Shown here piece by piece: positions 1 through 9,546 of a DNA stretch of 64,000 nt. Below the pieces are notes generated by a model, which searched no databases, was not told the origin of the DNA, and saw only the letters and a program-made list of their open reading frames with translations. The position numbers and the translations under genes were made by a program. The stretch is taken from contig CAYRUS010000001.1 in assembly GCA_964427735.1 (NCBI GenBank), positions 25,856 to 89,855 of the forward strand, read 5' to 3'. Positions within the stretch are counted from its first letter, which is position 1, and each line of letters starts with the position of its first letter. The DNA comes from an uncultured Gammaproteobacteria bacterium. Its GTDB lineage: Bacteria > Patescibacteriota > Microgenomatia > UBA8517.

Positions 1-1
1 C

Positions 2-766
2 TAGTTTTTCTTCTTCAGCAATTTTATTGAGAGCTATATCCAGAACAAGTGTGTTTCGTGCTTGTACATTATATTCATCCCGTAGTATTTCTGCTGATTT
101 TCCTATCGAAGCAAGATAATTTTCAAGCGATAAACCTAATTTCTCAATTCTTTCAAGTAATTGAGAAAGTCTGGCGTTTACTTCCTCTTCTAATAACACG
201 GATGGAATTGTAGCTTCGACTGTATTCAATAAAGACTGTATTGCAACTTGCTCTTTTTCTTCTTTAGAAGGCTTTTTATTTTGATCTTCATCTTTTCCTT
301 TATCGGGTGTCCAGATAGCATCAACATTTGCAGCATTTTTAATATTTTTCTTGTAATCTCCCAGCTTAATTTCAGGTAGCTCTGCTGTAAGTGCTCGCAC
401 TTGCCAATCCTCATTTTCTTTAGCCTGTACAAGTTCAAATTTTGGATACATAGCAGGCTTTAAGTTTTCTTTTTGGATTGTTTCGCCAAACATAGAAGGA
501 AGAATATGGCCAAGAGTGTGTTCAATAAGTTGACTTTCCGGAACTTGACTTAAAACTTTATTTATTGGAGCTTTTCCTTTTCTAAAGCCTGGGATCTCCA
601 TGGTTTGGCCTATTTCTTCAGCTACTTTTTTCCTTTCGTCTTCAATTTTTTCCCACGGTATGGTATATGTGATTTGGATTGTACCGTCTTCGGCTTTTGC
701 CATTACCCAATTTACATTTTTATCCTTTTTTGTCGGTTTTTTACTTGTTTTTGATTTAGCAGCCAT
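2..766 (-). CDS. tig: Trigger factor-like chaperone (partial; the C-terminus runs off the window start)
   Basis: Absent from the ORF track because there is no stop in the window. My minus-strand translation from ATG 766..764 gives MAAKSKTSKKPTKKDKNVNWVMAKAEDGTIQITYTIPWEKIEDERKKVAEEIGQTMEIPGFRKGKAPINKV... This contains the trigger-factor ribosome-binding signature GFRxGxxP. There is an upstream in-frame stop at 776-778. Confidence 0.6.
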   Translation of the reverse strand, partial: MAAKSKTSKKPTKKDKNVNWVMAKAEDGTIQITYTIPWEKIEDERKKVAEEIGQTMEIPGFRKGKAPINKVLSQVPESQLIEHTLGHILPSMFGETIQKENLKPAMYPKFELVQAKENEDWQVRALTAELPEIKLGDYKKNIKNAANVDAIWTPDKGKDEDQNKKPSKEEKEQVAIQSLLNTVEATIPSVLLEEEVNARLSQLLERIEKLGLSLENYLASIGKSAEILRDEYNVQARNTLVLDIALNKIAEEEKL

Positions 767-816
767 AATTAATGATTACTATTATACCATTTTACTACAG
801 GATATCTAGAGTAAGT

Positions 817-1032
817 TTAACCTTTATGCTGTGTTTTGTTCGTAGCACCAGGGTTTGGTCTGATTTGTGAACCACCCTTTGCACCAGGATAATTTCCCTT
901 AAGATTCTTATAGTTTTGAAAAGAACTTCTCTTTTTTTCCTCAAGCTTATTTAAGAATTCTTTTCTTTTTGCTGATTGTACCTGTTTACTGTTGTCTTCA
1001 TCATCTTGAGATGCATTGTTATTTTTTGTCAT
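817..1032 (-). CDS. Small basic Gly/Lys-rich protein, unknown function (KGG-repeat stress-protein-like?)
   Basis: 71-aa ORF that is basic and contains GAKGG/NPGATNK repeats. There is no antisense competitor. Confidence 0.35.
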   Translation of the reverse strand: MTKNNNASQDDEDNSKQVQSAKRKEFLNKLEEKKRSSFQNYKNLKGNYPGAKGGSQIRPNPGATNKTQHKG

Positions 1033-1102
1033 ATAGATGAATTATATCATTCCAACCTAAATTTTTTAATAGATAAAGCAATAATATCCATCAACAAATA
1101 CA

Positions 1103-1438
1103 TTAAGATGCTAGGTGATTTAAGAACCAAGAAACAAGAGAAAGAAGTATTGAGGCCATCATAGCAGTCAAAAAGGTATCTATTGTAAAGCCAGGAACCA
1201 GATATGAGGTTGCATAAAGTAATAAGACGTTAATTAAAAAAGCAGCTAATCCGAGTGTTAAAAGAGAAACTGGTAATGCAATTATTTGTAAAATTGGTCT
1301 TATAAAAGTGTTAATTACACCAAAAACAACAGCAGTTACCACAGCTGTCCAAATATTATCCAAATTAAAACCAGGAACTAGTGTGGCAACAATAAGTAGA
1401 GCAAATACGTTTATAGCTAATCTTAAAATAAGTTTCAT
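1103..1438 (-). CDS. DUF360 / phage-holin-family-IV-like 4-TM membrane protein
   Basis: 111 aa with four hydrophobic segments. The LVPGF...NTFIRPILQIIALPVSLLTLGLAAFLINVLLLY...LVPGFTID architecture is typical of the PF04020 family. Confidence 0.6.
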   Translation of the reverse strand: MKLILRLAINVFALLIVATLVPGFNLDNIWTAVVTAVVFGVINTFIRPILQIIALPVSLLTLGLAAFLINVLLLYATSYLVPGFTIDTFLTAMMASILLSLVSWFLNHLAS

Positions 1439-1504
1439 CTATATTCATAATGCAACAGTTTTAAATAGTTTGTCAATGATGATCTTGTGGTTTTTAGACA
1501 AATT

Positions 1505-2539
1505 TTATTTTAAATAAGTCCTGAAAAACTCCAAATCTCTTTGAACGACTGTATCCCAGCCAGGTTGAAGGTTATGATCTGCCTCTTGGTAAATATAAAG
1601 CGTTGCCTCATGGTCATTATTCTCACTGTTTCTTAAAATATTAACTAAAGATTGAGACCATTGTAGTGGAACAGGCTCGTCCGCTGTTCCTTGATGGATT
1701 TGTATTGGTGCATTTATTTTATGGAAATAGTTGTGCACGGAATAACGATCAACGTCATATATGGTTTCAAACTTAGCTAACTCTTTTCTAAGGAATTTCC
1801 CTTTGTCTTGAGATTCATCGGTATAGAACAATATATTAAAAGGAAAAGGTTTACTGACAGGTGCCCAGAGAGTAGTTGGATAATCATCATCAAGAATTTC
1901 TAGCATAATAAGTGCGATCTGACCACCGTTTGAATGCCCCCAAATAAAAATATTTTTTCCGTCCCATGCATCTATTTGATTTACTGATTTTATTGTAGCG
2001 AGTGCTGTTGTGTAAGTTTGGAACCTTGATTCAAAAATGTCCGAAGAATTAATATCTGATTGGGCATATCCTAGAAAATCAGGGGAAATGGTAATAAATC
2101 CATTTTGGGCAAAATATTGAGCAGCTCGATATGTGCCTATCCCAGTTCTATAAATACTTGGATCAACATAACCCCTAAACATAACTACAATGGGGTATTT
2201 TTCATTACCTTCTGGTATATTTAATTGTCCGGATACTTTTTTAGTTTCATCTAAATTAGGATTTGGTTGAAATTTCATCTCGTATAAATAACTCTTGTAA
2301 CCTTCTTGACTTTCCAGTTCTTTGAGAGTTTTAATTTTGGTTTCACTATTGTAGTTTACAGATAGATTGTCGAATGTATATGCGGCAAGTGGTGTAGGAG
2401 GTGGAGTTTCTTTTTTTAAAATATCACTTAAGGTGTCGATATTTTTTGTAGTTGATCCGCGAAAAAACCAACCAGCAAAAAAAATCAAACCACCCATGAA
2501 AATTCCTACAATTATTATTAATATTTTAGACAGCTTCAT
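1505..2539 (-). CDS. Membrane-anchored alpha/beta-hydrolase (prolyl-oligopeptidase/dienelactone-hydrolase-like)
   Basis: N-terminal TM helix. GHSNGG nucleophile elbow (GxSxG). Later Asp/His positions (HQGTADEPV, EADH). Confidence 0.6.
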   Translation of the reverse strand: MKLSKILIIIVGIFMGGLIFFAGWFFRGSTTKNIDTLSDILKKETPPPTPLAAYTFDNLSVNYNSETKIKTLKELESQEGYKSYLYEMKFQPNPNLDETKKVSGQLNIPEGNEKYPIVVMFRGYVDPSIYRTGIGTYRAAQYFAQNGFITISPDFLGYAQSDINSSDIFESRFQTYTTALATIKSVNQIDAWDGKNIFIWGHSNGGQIALIMLEILDDDYPTTLWAPVSKPFPFNILFYTDESQDKGKFLRKELAKFETIYDVDRYSVHNYFHKINAPIQIHQGTADEPVPLQWSQSLVNILRNSENNDHEATLYIYQEADHNLQPGWDTVVQRDLEFFRTYLK

Positions 2540-2651
2540 ACGTATATATAACTTAATTCTTCACTAATTCTTTTATTTTCCTGCGATAAAGAATATAGCT
2601 TAATAATTTAACTTTGTCTAATAAATATATTATTGACTATATGATTTAGCT

Positions 2652-3146
2652 ATGACAACAACAGATTCAGAAATTTACATAAAAAACAATGATGTTCAGT
2701 CTGATACTCAAGAACAGGCAAAAATAGATCAACTTATGAAAACTGAAGGAAGAGTACTTTGCCATATAAAATCAGTTTTCCCAATGCAAATGTTTCCAGA
2801 TGAATTAATAGTCGATACCAATAAAGTAACTTTTGTACATAAGTTTTTCTTTTTTACTAAAACAGTTTTCCCTATTTTAATTGAGAATATCAACGGAGTT
2901 AGAATTGCTTCAGGTCCATTATTTGCTTCTGTTACCGTCGAAATCAGTGGATTTGAAACAAATCCGCCACCGTTACAAGCACTTTGGGTAAGCGATGCTG
3001 TTAAAGCAAGGAGCTATATTTTAGGGCTTATTACAGCTCGCGAGCAAAATTTAGAGTTAGACAAATTGAGTCATGCAGAATTGGTTCAAAAATTGCAGTA
3101 CCTAGGTGAAACAAGAGGTGCAGAAAACCCAGAATATGCAATATAA
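2652..3146 (+). CDS. Hypothetical protein
   Basis: 164-aa ORF with a clean intergenic context. I recognise no family. Confidence 0.4.
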   Translation: MTTTDSEIYIKNNDVQSDTQEQAKIDQLMKTEGRVLCHIKSVFPMQMFPDELIVDTNKVTFVHKFFFFTKTVFPILIENINGVRIASGPLFASVTVEISGFETNPPPLQALWVSDAVKARSYILGLITAREQNLELDKLSHAELVQKLQYLGETRGAENPEYAI

Positions 3147-3148
3147 AC

Positions 3149-4543
3149 TTAATTGGTTAAGTAGTTCACCACAGTGAAGATACTAAAACTTCCATAAAAC
3201 AAAAATGCGGCGGTAACTCCAATTAACCTAATATATGAGGGTCTAATTTGTTTAGGAAGATTTGTCATATTTAACCAAATGATCAAACCTGTATAAATAA
3301 ACATAGATATGGCATTTAATACAGCTCCTGTTACCACTAATGCAAGTGGCTCAGTAAAGCCAAGAGTAAATATTGTAATTCCAGCAATTAATTGAAGCCA
3401 TAGCACGAGATAAAATATTTTAGGCAATTTATTAACCTTGTCTTCAGGCATCATTATCGCTATATTCTCGCTTATAATCCTTGAGTTTGAACCGTATACT
3501 GAAAATTGGGTACCAAAAAGCATTATAGTTGCCATTATCAAAAACAATTTGCCTACAGCAGGTATTGTTTGAGAAGCAATTACACCTGCCTCAAATATTA
3601 CAAAGTTAATACTTGTTTCAACTCCTTCAATTCCATAAACAGTTGAATAAGCAAGCAAACTTAGCAAAAGCATTGTAAAAGCACCTGTTAACCAAAATAC
3701 AATTAAATGTTCTGTATTAATTCTTTTCCACCAAAGCCTGTATCTCTTTAAGTTTTCTTGATTTAAATCAAATTTGCTTCCGGTTATTTTAATATTTTCA
3801 TTTTTACCAGAGAGTATATTTGTAATCCTCCCTGCATACTTACCCATTCCATAGCCCTTTTCTTTAATATACAAGGATTGTGCAAGATTTAAATTACCTC
3901 CGGCTCCTGCATACGCTAGGGCAGCTAAAAATGTAGCAAAGGGTAGTCCTTCAGGAAAAAGCCAATATCCTTCTCCTTTTCCTATTAATCCAGAAGATAA
4001 AGCGAGCCAATCATCTACTTTAGTAAAATAAAGTGTAATAAGAAACACAAATGGTACACCCAAAAGAATTATTGCTTTTTGAATAGATTCCTGTGTTTTA
4101 TAAACTACACTTCCAAGACTGTATAAAAAACCAAGTAAAAGAAGCAAACCAATCCCGACATATGCAGAATATTCCATTCCTAATGCTTTTGATAAAGTAG
4201 TTGCAGAAGCTGCTATTATTCCAGGCCACATCCAGGGAATAAAAGTAGTAACAATAAACCATATCGGTGCAAATATCCCTAACTTCCTTATTAGTCCAAC
4301 AAATACACTCTCTCCTGTTGCAAGCGTGTAGCGCTCAATCTCCATGTTAATAATGAATTGGAAAGTAATTCCAAGAAGAGCAGCCCAAATTATTCCCATT
4401 CCAAAGTTTGAAGAAAGGTATGGCCATAAGATTAATTCTCCGCTTCCTAACCCAACTCCTAAAATTATAAAGCTAGGTCCGATTAATGATCGCAACCTTG
4501 GTGGTTTAGGTAATTTGTTTTTTGATAAAGGTGACAGCTTCAT
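3149..4543 (-). CDS. NRAMP-like (MntH-type) divalent-metal transporter, polytopic membrane protein
   Basis: 464 aa and multi-TM. The N-terminal GSGELILWPY...GMGIIWAALLG...NMEIERYTLATGES follows the Nramp TM1/TM2 pattern (GPG...DPGN-like region ... E..R....TG). Confidence 0.5.
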   Translation of the reverse strand: MKLSPLSKNKLPKPPRLRSLIGPSFIILGVGLGSGELILWPYLSSNFGMGIIWAALLGITFQFIINMEIERYTLATGESVFVGLIRKLGIFAPIWFIVTTFIPWMWPGIIAASATTLSKALGMEYSAYVGIGLLLLLGFLYSLGSVVYKTQESIQKAIILLGVPFVFLITLYFTKVDDWLALSSGLIGKGEGYWLFPEGLPFATFLAALAYAGAGGNLNLAQSLYIKEKGYGMGKYAGRITNILSGKNENIKITGSKFDLNQENLKRYRLWWKRINTEHLIVFWLTGAFTMLLLSLLAYSTVYGIEGVETSINFVIFEAGVIASQTIPAVGKLFLIMATIMLFGTQFSVYGSNSRIISENIAIMMPEDKVNKLPKIFYLVLWLQLIAGITIFTLGFTEPLALVVTGAVLNAISMFIYTGLIIWLNMTNLPKQIRPSYIRLIGVTAAFLFYGSFSIFTVVNYLTN

Positions 4544-4586
4544 TGCTTTAGTTTAGAATTACAAGTGCAAGTAAAGCAAGTCTATT

Positions 4587-5582
4587 ATGAAAGATTCAAA
4601 AAAAGCATGGGGAAAATATAAAAAAGCAAAAAAAATCATATCTCTAATGGATTCAAGATTCGATTTTGACAACATTTGTTCTAATTTGGCTCTGAAGTTT
4701 ATTTCGATAAAGTTAAGGAAAGAGCATGATATTTTCTATGAAAGCAGTATTCCAAATTATGCAATAGATCATATTAATTCAGAGTACTTTGAGTTTATTA
4801 ACCAAGACTTTGAGCTAGAAAAAATAAATTACGAAGACTATGATTTACTATTTACATTAGATTCTTCAAACCCACAGCATATAAAAGAAAGTTTTGACTT
4901 TGAATTGCCTAAAAATATTTTTGTAATAAACATTGACCACCATAAAAGTAATTCAAAGTATGGAGATATAAACCTTGTGGAAGCTTTGTCTTCAACTTGC
5001 AGTGTTTTGTATAAGTGGTTGAAAGATAATAACCAAAGTATTGATAAGGATATTGCAGAGCTACTTTTGACGGGACTTTTTTTCGATAGTGGGTTTTTCC
5101 AGTATGACACAACTACCTCAGAAGATTTGAGATTTGCTGCAGATTTTATGGATAAGGGGGCTTCTTTATTTGATTTAGCTTGGAAAATTAATTTTAACCA
5201 AGAATATGATGATTTTAAGTTAACAAGTTTGATTTTAAATAATCTAAAAGTAGATTTTAGGAAAAAATATGCCTACTCTACAATTTCTGATTCTGAACTA
5301 AAAAAATACGACATTAATATAGAAAACTCCAATCTTGGTTCTGCAGATATAATTAAGCCATTAAAAGGCATAGACTTTGTATTTGTAGTTAAGCATATAG
5401 ATGGAAAAAAGTATGCTATAAGCTTTAGATCTCATGCACAGGATTTTAGTGTTTTAAAAATCGCAAAAGTTCTAGGCGGAGGTGGGCATAATATGGCTGC
5501 AGGCTGCGTTTTGGAGATAAATAGCCCTGATCCTGTTAAGACTATCGTGGAAATGATTGAGAAGGCTGTATCGGAATTTTAA
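4587..5582 (+). CDS. nrnA: DHH/DHHA1 phosphoesterase (NrnA-like oligoribonuclease / pAp phosphatase)
   Basis: Motifs NIDHH and C-terminal GGGGHNMAAG (DHHA1 GGGH). Confidence 0.7.
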   Translation: MKDSKKAWGKYKKAKKIISLMDSRFDFDNICSNLALKFISIKLRKEHDIFYESSIPNYAIDHINSEYFEFINQDFELEKINYEDYDLLFTLDSSNPQHIKESFDFELPKNIFVINIDHHKSNSKYGDINLVEALSSTCSVLYKWLKDNNQSIDKDIAELLLTGLFFDSGFFQYDTTTSEDLRFAADFMDKGASLFDLAWKINFNQEYDDFKLTSLILNNLKVDFRKKYAYSTISDSELKKYDINIENSNLGSADIIKPLKGIDFVFVVKHIDGKKYAISFRSHAQDFSVLKIAKVLGGGGHNMAAGCVLEINSPDPVKTIVEMIEKAVSEF

Positions 5583-6049
5583 AGTTTTCTACCAAGTAAT
5601 TTCAGCTCAGATACAGTAGTCATTAATTGTTCGTGATAAAAAGCAACACCTTCTTCTGCTAAGGTGGCCAAATTATTAATGTCAGATTGGCGTGCAGAAC
5701 TTTCAACAAGAGCCCAATGAACCATACCAGCACCAAAAAAGAATCCATGCCATTCGAGTATTTCTACAGGATTATCCCACTCATCTCCAATATACAAATC
5801 TCTCATGGTTTTTAATTTTTCTAAAGTTTTATCTGCTTTTCTATCAATCATTTCTCCTACTTCATATTCATCAGCAATATCACTAATTTTTTTAATAAAT
5901 TTGTTGCTATCTTCTATATAATTATCGTAACCGTCCTTAGAAATTTCCTGTAGTGCTTTCTTTCCCCTTTCAAATGTATCCAGTCCACATTTTGCAAAAG
6001 CTAATACCTCACCGATCTTCTTTGCTGTGCGTTCATTTATTTCTGCCAT
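5579..6049 (-). CDS. Hypothetical protein
   Basis: 156-aa ORF. Its stop overlaps the nrnA stop (convergent). Confidence 0.4.
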   Translation of the reverse strand: MAEINERTAKKIGEVLAFAKCGLDTFERGKKALQEISKDGYDNYIEDSNKFIKKISDIADEYEVGEMIDRKADKTLEKLKTMRDLYIGDEWDNPVEILEWHGFFFGAGMVHWALVESSARQSDINNLATLAEEGVAFYHEQLMTTVSELKLLGRKL

Positions 6050-6111
6050 AATTCACTATAACATTTATCTTATTAAGTTTTAAGTGTAAAAATTGTAAGA
6101 AAGAAGTTATA

Positions 6112-7203
6112 TTATGAGCAAGTTATTCTTGGAAAGAATCCTACAAAGAACCCTCTTATTATTGGTTTGTAAGTAATTCTACAAACTATCTCGTTACCAA
6201 AAAATCTAAAAACGCTAATTATTCTAGCCTGAGGAGTGGATGTTGGAATTGGGCTTGCAGTTGCAGTAGGCAGCGGTGTAGTTGTAGAAGCTGGTGTTGT
6301 AGTAGGTGTGGAAGTAACTACCGGAGTTTCTGTAGCTGTTGCTGTTGCTGTTGGAGTTACTGTTTGTGTAGGAGTTGGTGTTACTGTGCTTGTAGGAGTC
6401 GCACTAGCTGTGGCTGTTGGTGAAGAAGTTGGGATACCAGTTTGAGTTGGGGATGGCGTAGCTGATGGTGTTGATGTTGAGCCATTTGTTGAAGGAGGTT
6501 CTGGTGTGGAAGATGAGTTTTGTGGTTCTGGTGATGTTCTTAAGATAAAGTCGTTTGCATTGTTGTCAGTGTCTTCTCCATTGCCTAAGTTTGCATCAGC
6601 ACCAGTCATACTTCCCAATGTAGAAGTAGATTTTGCTTTTCTTTCTACACTTTGATCATCATCAGGTACTACTAAGGCATTCCCTTCTCCTAGCGTGTTA
6701 TCTACTTCGCCAAATGTTACTGCATCAATGACAAGTCCTTCATCTGCCGGTTCATTTCTTAAAGCAACACTGTTGTTATTCGAGACTGTAGCTGAAGTGC
6801 TTTTGTCGCAGACCATACTTTCAGAGAGAGATGAATTGCACCATAAATAATAACTGTGTGGAGCGATAACATCTCCGCTTACGAAACTTACAATATTAGA
6901 GTCTGTTGTTCCTGAACTCGTTCTTTTTACTAATCTCATATCACTTAAATCGATTTCATCGCTAGTTGGGTTATAAAGTTCTATGAAATCATGATTTGAG
7001 TTTTCTGAACTTGAGACTTGAATTTCAGATATAACCACATGATTAGCTGTATCAGCATATATGATTGGCGAATAGTAAAGTAAAAGGAAAACTAATCCTA
7101 TGAGATTGCCGATAAAGAAACTTTTTGGATGAATGAAGCTTGATTTTTTATGAGTGGAAGTTAATGTTTTGCTGGCAGAAAAATTCATTACTCTAATTTT
7201 CAT
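6112..7203 (-). CDS. Lamin-tail-domain (LTD) surface protein with a Thr/Pro-rich linker
   Basis: Signal/TM segment FFIGNLIGLVFLLLYYSPIIYA. The LTD signature is HVVISEIQVSSSE...DFIELYNPTSDEIDLSDMRLV. It is followed by ~110 aa of TPTxT low-complexity sequence. The exact start is uncertain. Confidence 0.6.
   Translation of the reverse strand: MKIRVMNFSASKTLTSTHKKSSFIHPKSFFIGNLIGLVFLLLYYSPIIYADTANHVVISEIQVSSSENSNHDFIELYNPTSDEIDLSDMRLVKRTSSGTTDSNIVSFVSGDVIAPHSYYLWCNSSLSESMVCDKSTSATVSNNNSVALRNEPADEGLVIDAVTFGEVDNTLGEGNALVVPDDDQSVERKAKSTSTLGSMTGADANLGNGEDTDNNANDFILRTSPEPQNSSSTPEPPSTNGSTSTPSATPSPTQTGIPTSSPTATASATPTSTVTPTPTQTVTPTATATATETPVVTSTPTTTPASTTTPLPTATASPIPTSTPQARIISVFRFFGNEIVCRITYKPIIRGFFVGFFPRITCS
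6236..6480 (-). repeat. Imperfect GTTGCTGTT-type repeats encoding the (T/P/A/S)n linker of the LTD protein
   Basis: Seen directly in the sequence. The plus-strand ORF 6236..6445 is the antisense of this low-complexity stretch. Confidence 0.6.
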
Positions 7204-7396
7204 GATAAGAGGTTTTTTAAAATTGTGTCAAGAGGGAAAATACAAATCACTTTATTTAGATAATTTTTAATTCTATTTTTATACTCTAATAAGCATTGAA
7301 TTTGAACTTTTGATAAAGAACTGATCGTACAAAAATTTTCTTCCCAATCGTTACTTTTTTCTTACTTGACTTAAACCAATTCTAGATATATAAATT

Positions 7397-7420
7397 GAAT
7401 ACTTGTATTCGGGTATTGTT
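7397..7420 (+). promoter_or_regulatory. Perfect palindrome GAATAC-TT-GTATTC overlapping ATTCGGGTATTGTT; candidate SOS/LexA-type operator
   Basis: The palindrome is 7397-7410, ~30 nt upstream of ORF 7442. The 14-mer at 7407-7420 matches 12/14 to 49142-49155 in the uvrB-lexA intergenic region. Confidence 0.35.
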
Positions 7421-7441
7421 CGGTATCCCTAATCAACTTTT

Positions 7442-7693
7442 ATGACTCAAAAAATAAACGAAAAAGTATCGGTAAATTTGGTATATAACCATGAAAAAGA
7501 ACAGGTTTTTCCTAAGTGGATACACTGGAAAGGTAGACTTTATGGAGTAGAAAAAGTAGGACTTCATCACAATTATAAAAAGGGCAGTAAACTTTTCCAT
7601 GTATTTTCTGTAGAAACTAAAACACTTTTTTTCAGGTTACTGCTTGATACAGAAACTCTACACTGGAAAATCGAGGAAATTGCCAGTGAATAA
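7442..7693 (+). CDS. Small hypothetical protein immediately upstream of, and likely co-transcribed with, the Y-family polymerase
   Basis: 83-aa ORF, 37 nt upstream of the polymerase ORF. A palindromic operator-like site lies in front of it. Confidence 0.35.
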   Translation: MTQKINEKVSVNLVYNHEKEQVFPKWIHWKGRLYGVEKVGLHHNYKKGSKLFHVFSVETKTLFFRLLLDTETLHWKIEEIASE

Positions 7694-7730
7694 AACCTGT
7701 ACTTAACTTTAGAGTCTAGATATTTATAAA

Positions 7731-8996
7731 ATGTTTTACAGTAAAAACTTATCAAATCTTTCATTTAATTCTTCTCCTCCACATATCATGTTCATTGATC
7801 TCAACTCCTGCTTTGCCACCATAGAACAGCAAGCAAACCCCAAACTAAGAGGTAAACCAATTGCAGTTGCTGCTTACACTACTCCTTCTGGATGCATACT
7901 GGCACCTTCTATAGAAGCAAAAACATATGGAATCAAAACTGGAATGAGAGTAAAAGAAGCTAAGATTCTTTATCCCAATCTTATTGTTCTTTCTCCAGAT
8001 CCACCTAAATACAGGTATGTACACCTAAAATTGAAAAAATTATTGTCTGACTATACTTACAATTTTTATCCCAAATCTATTGATGAGTTTGTACTTTATT
8101 TGGATGGTTATCCTGTACTTAAGAAAAAGACAATGCAAGAAATAGGTAAAGAAATAAAATTACGTATAAAAAAAGAGATTGGTGATTGGTTGCTTGTTTC
8201 TATTGGTATTGCTCCCAATCGTTTTTTGGCAAAAACTGCTTCCTCTTTTAAAAAACCCGATGGACTTGTTGAGATAAATAAAGATAATTTTTTTCAGATA
8301 TACAAAAAACTGGATCTTCGAGATCTTACAGGCATTGATGTTAAAAATGCTAGTCGTTTAATGAGCGTTGGAATTAATTCTGTAACTGAATTTTATGAAG
8401 CACCGCTTTTAAAAATAAGAAGTGCATTTCATTCTGTTCTTGCTGACTATTGGTATTTTAGGCTAAGAGGATGGGAAGTAGACTCTGTTGAATATGGTAG
8501 AAAAAGTTTTGGCAATTCTTATGCCCTACCCCAACCTCTTACTCCATCAAAAGAGCTAACTCCAATCTTAAGTAAATTAATAAACAAAATGGGAACAAGA
8601 TTAAGGCAGTCAGGATACAAGGCTCAAGGTATTCATCTTGCTATTTCTTACAGAGATGGGGATTTTTGGCACAGAGGTCAAAAAACATCAAAAATATTAT
8701 TTGACTCACGAGATTTCTACCAGCACGCTCTTAAACTTATGTTTACTGCCCCCAAAAAACCAGTTCGTGATATTTCTGTTTCTTGCTTTAACCTAACAAA
8801 GTCAGAAGAGATTCAATTAGAAATATTTGACGATGTTTTAAAGAAAAAAAAACTAGTAAAGTCCATGGATGATATTAATGAAAAACTAGGAAACTTTACT
8901 GTAACTTCAGGAAGAATGCTAGGAATAGGCAACAGAGTTCCTGATAGGATTTCTTTTGGTAATGTAAAAGAATTAGAAGAAGTTATTGTGTGGTAA
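7731..8996 (+). CDS. dinB: Y-family DNA polymerase (DinB/Pol IV-like)
   Basis: MFIDLNSCFATIEQQANPKLRGKPIAVAA matches the Y-family N-terminus (DxD..F..VE). The likely true start is the internal ATG at 7788. Confidence 0.8.
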   Translation: MFYSKNLSNLSFNSSPPHIMFIDLNSCFATIEQQANPKLRGKPIAVAAYTTPSGCILAPSIEAKTYGIKTGMRVKEAKILYPNLIVLSPDPPKYRYVHLKLKKLLSDYTYNFYPKSIDEFVLYLDGYPVLKKKTMQEIGKEIKLRIKKEIGDWLLVSIGIAPNRFLAKTASSFKKPDGLVEINKDNFFQIYKKLDLRDLTGIDVKNASRLMSVGINSVTEFYEAPLLKIRSAFHSVLADYWYFRLRGWEVDSVEYGRKSFGNSYALPQPLTPSKELTPILSKLINKMGTRLRQSGYKAQGIHLAISYRDGDFWHRGQKTSKILFDSRDFYQHALKLMFTAPKKPVRDISVSCFNLTKSEEIQLEIFDDVLKKKKLVKSMDDINEKLGNFTVTSGRMLGIGNRVPDRISFGNVKELEEVIVW

Positions 8997-9515
8997 TTAA
9001 TTCAAAGAAAATTCTACTTTGTCTCCCACTTCAATTCCTATTTCGTCACTGAAACCGGCGTTAACTTCCAATACGTAATTAACTAACTGACCTGCACCAT
9101 ATCTGGCAAGATCATCATCTCTTGTTCCTTCTGCTGGAGCAGGTACATCTTTATTTATTTTTACGATTGTATCGTCCTCAATCCAAATTATATCAATAGG
9201 AAAATTCATGTCTTTCATCCAAAAGACTGGTTGAATTTTTTCTTCAAATACAAAAAGCATACCAGTTCCTTCCTCTAGACTTTCTTTTCCAGATAATCCT
9301 TTTGCTCGTTTTTTATCGTTGTCTGATATTTCGACAGGGATTTCTACGTCGTTGATAATAACCGTGGATTCTAATTCTGTAGTTTCAGAATCGTTTTGCA
9401 TTTGTTGTATGGGAAAGCTTTCTTGTAAACTGCCCTCGTCTGCCTTTTGTACGGCAAATCCTACCACAACTAAAAAAGCCATCACACCTGCAATTGGAAG
9501 CAATATCTCTTTCAT
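8997..9515 (-). CDS. DUF192-family protein
   Basis: The GMLFVFEE...WMKDMNFPIDIIWIED pattern is typical of DUF192/COG1430. The ORF-track start at 9575 overlaps tRNA-Leu, so I trimmed it to the internal Met (MKEILLPIAG). Confidence 0.55.
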   Translation of the reverse strand: MKEILLPIAGVMAFLVVVGFAVQKADEGSLQESFPIQQMQNDSETTELESTVIINDVEIPVEISDNDKKRAKGLSGKESLEEGTGMLFVFEEKIQPVFWMKDMNFPIDIIWIEDDTIVKINKDVPAPAEGTRDDDLARYGAGQLVNYVLEVNAGFSDEIGIEVGDKVEFSLN

Positions 9516-9546
9516 CTTACTTACTATACCTCGTTGTTTATAACCT

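Noticed and set aside
600-809. 69-aa plus ORF
   Set aside because: It is antisense inside the trigger-factor gene, whose translation has a clear family signature.
976-1164. 62-aa plus ORF
   Set aside because: It overlaps the ends of two minus-strand genes and has hydrophobic low-complexity content. It is likely a chance ORF in AT-rich DNA.
6236-6445. 69-aa plus ORF rich in G/V/A
   Set aside because: It is the antisense translation of the low-complexity T/P linker of the LTD gene.
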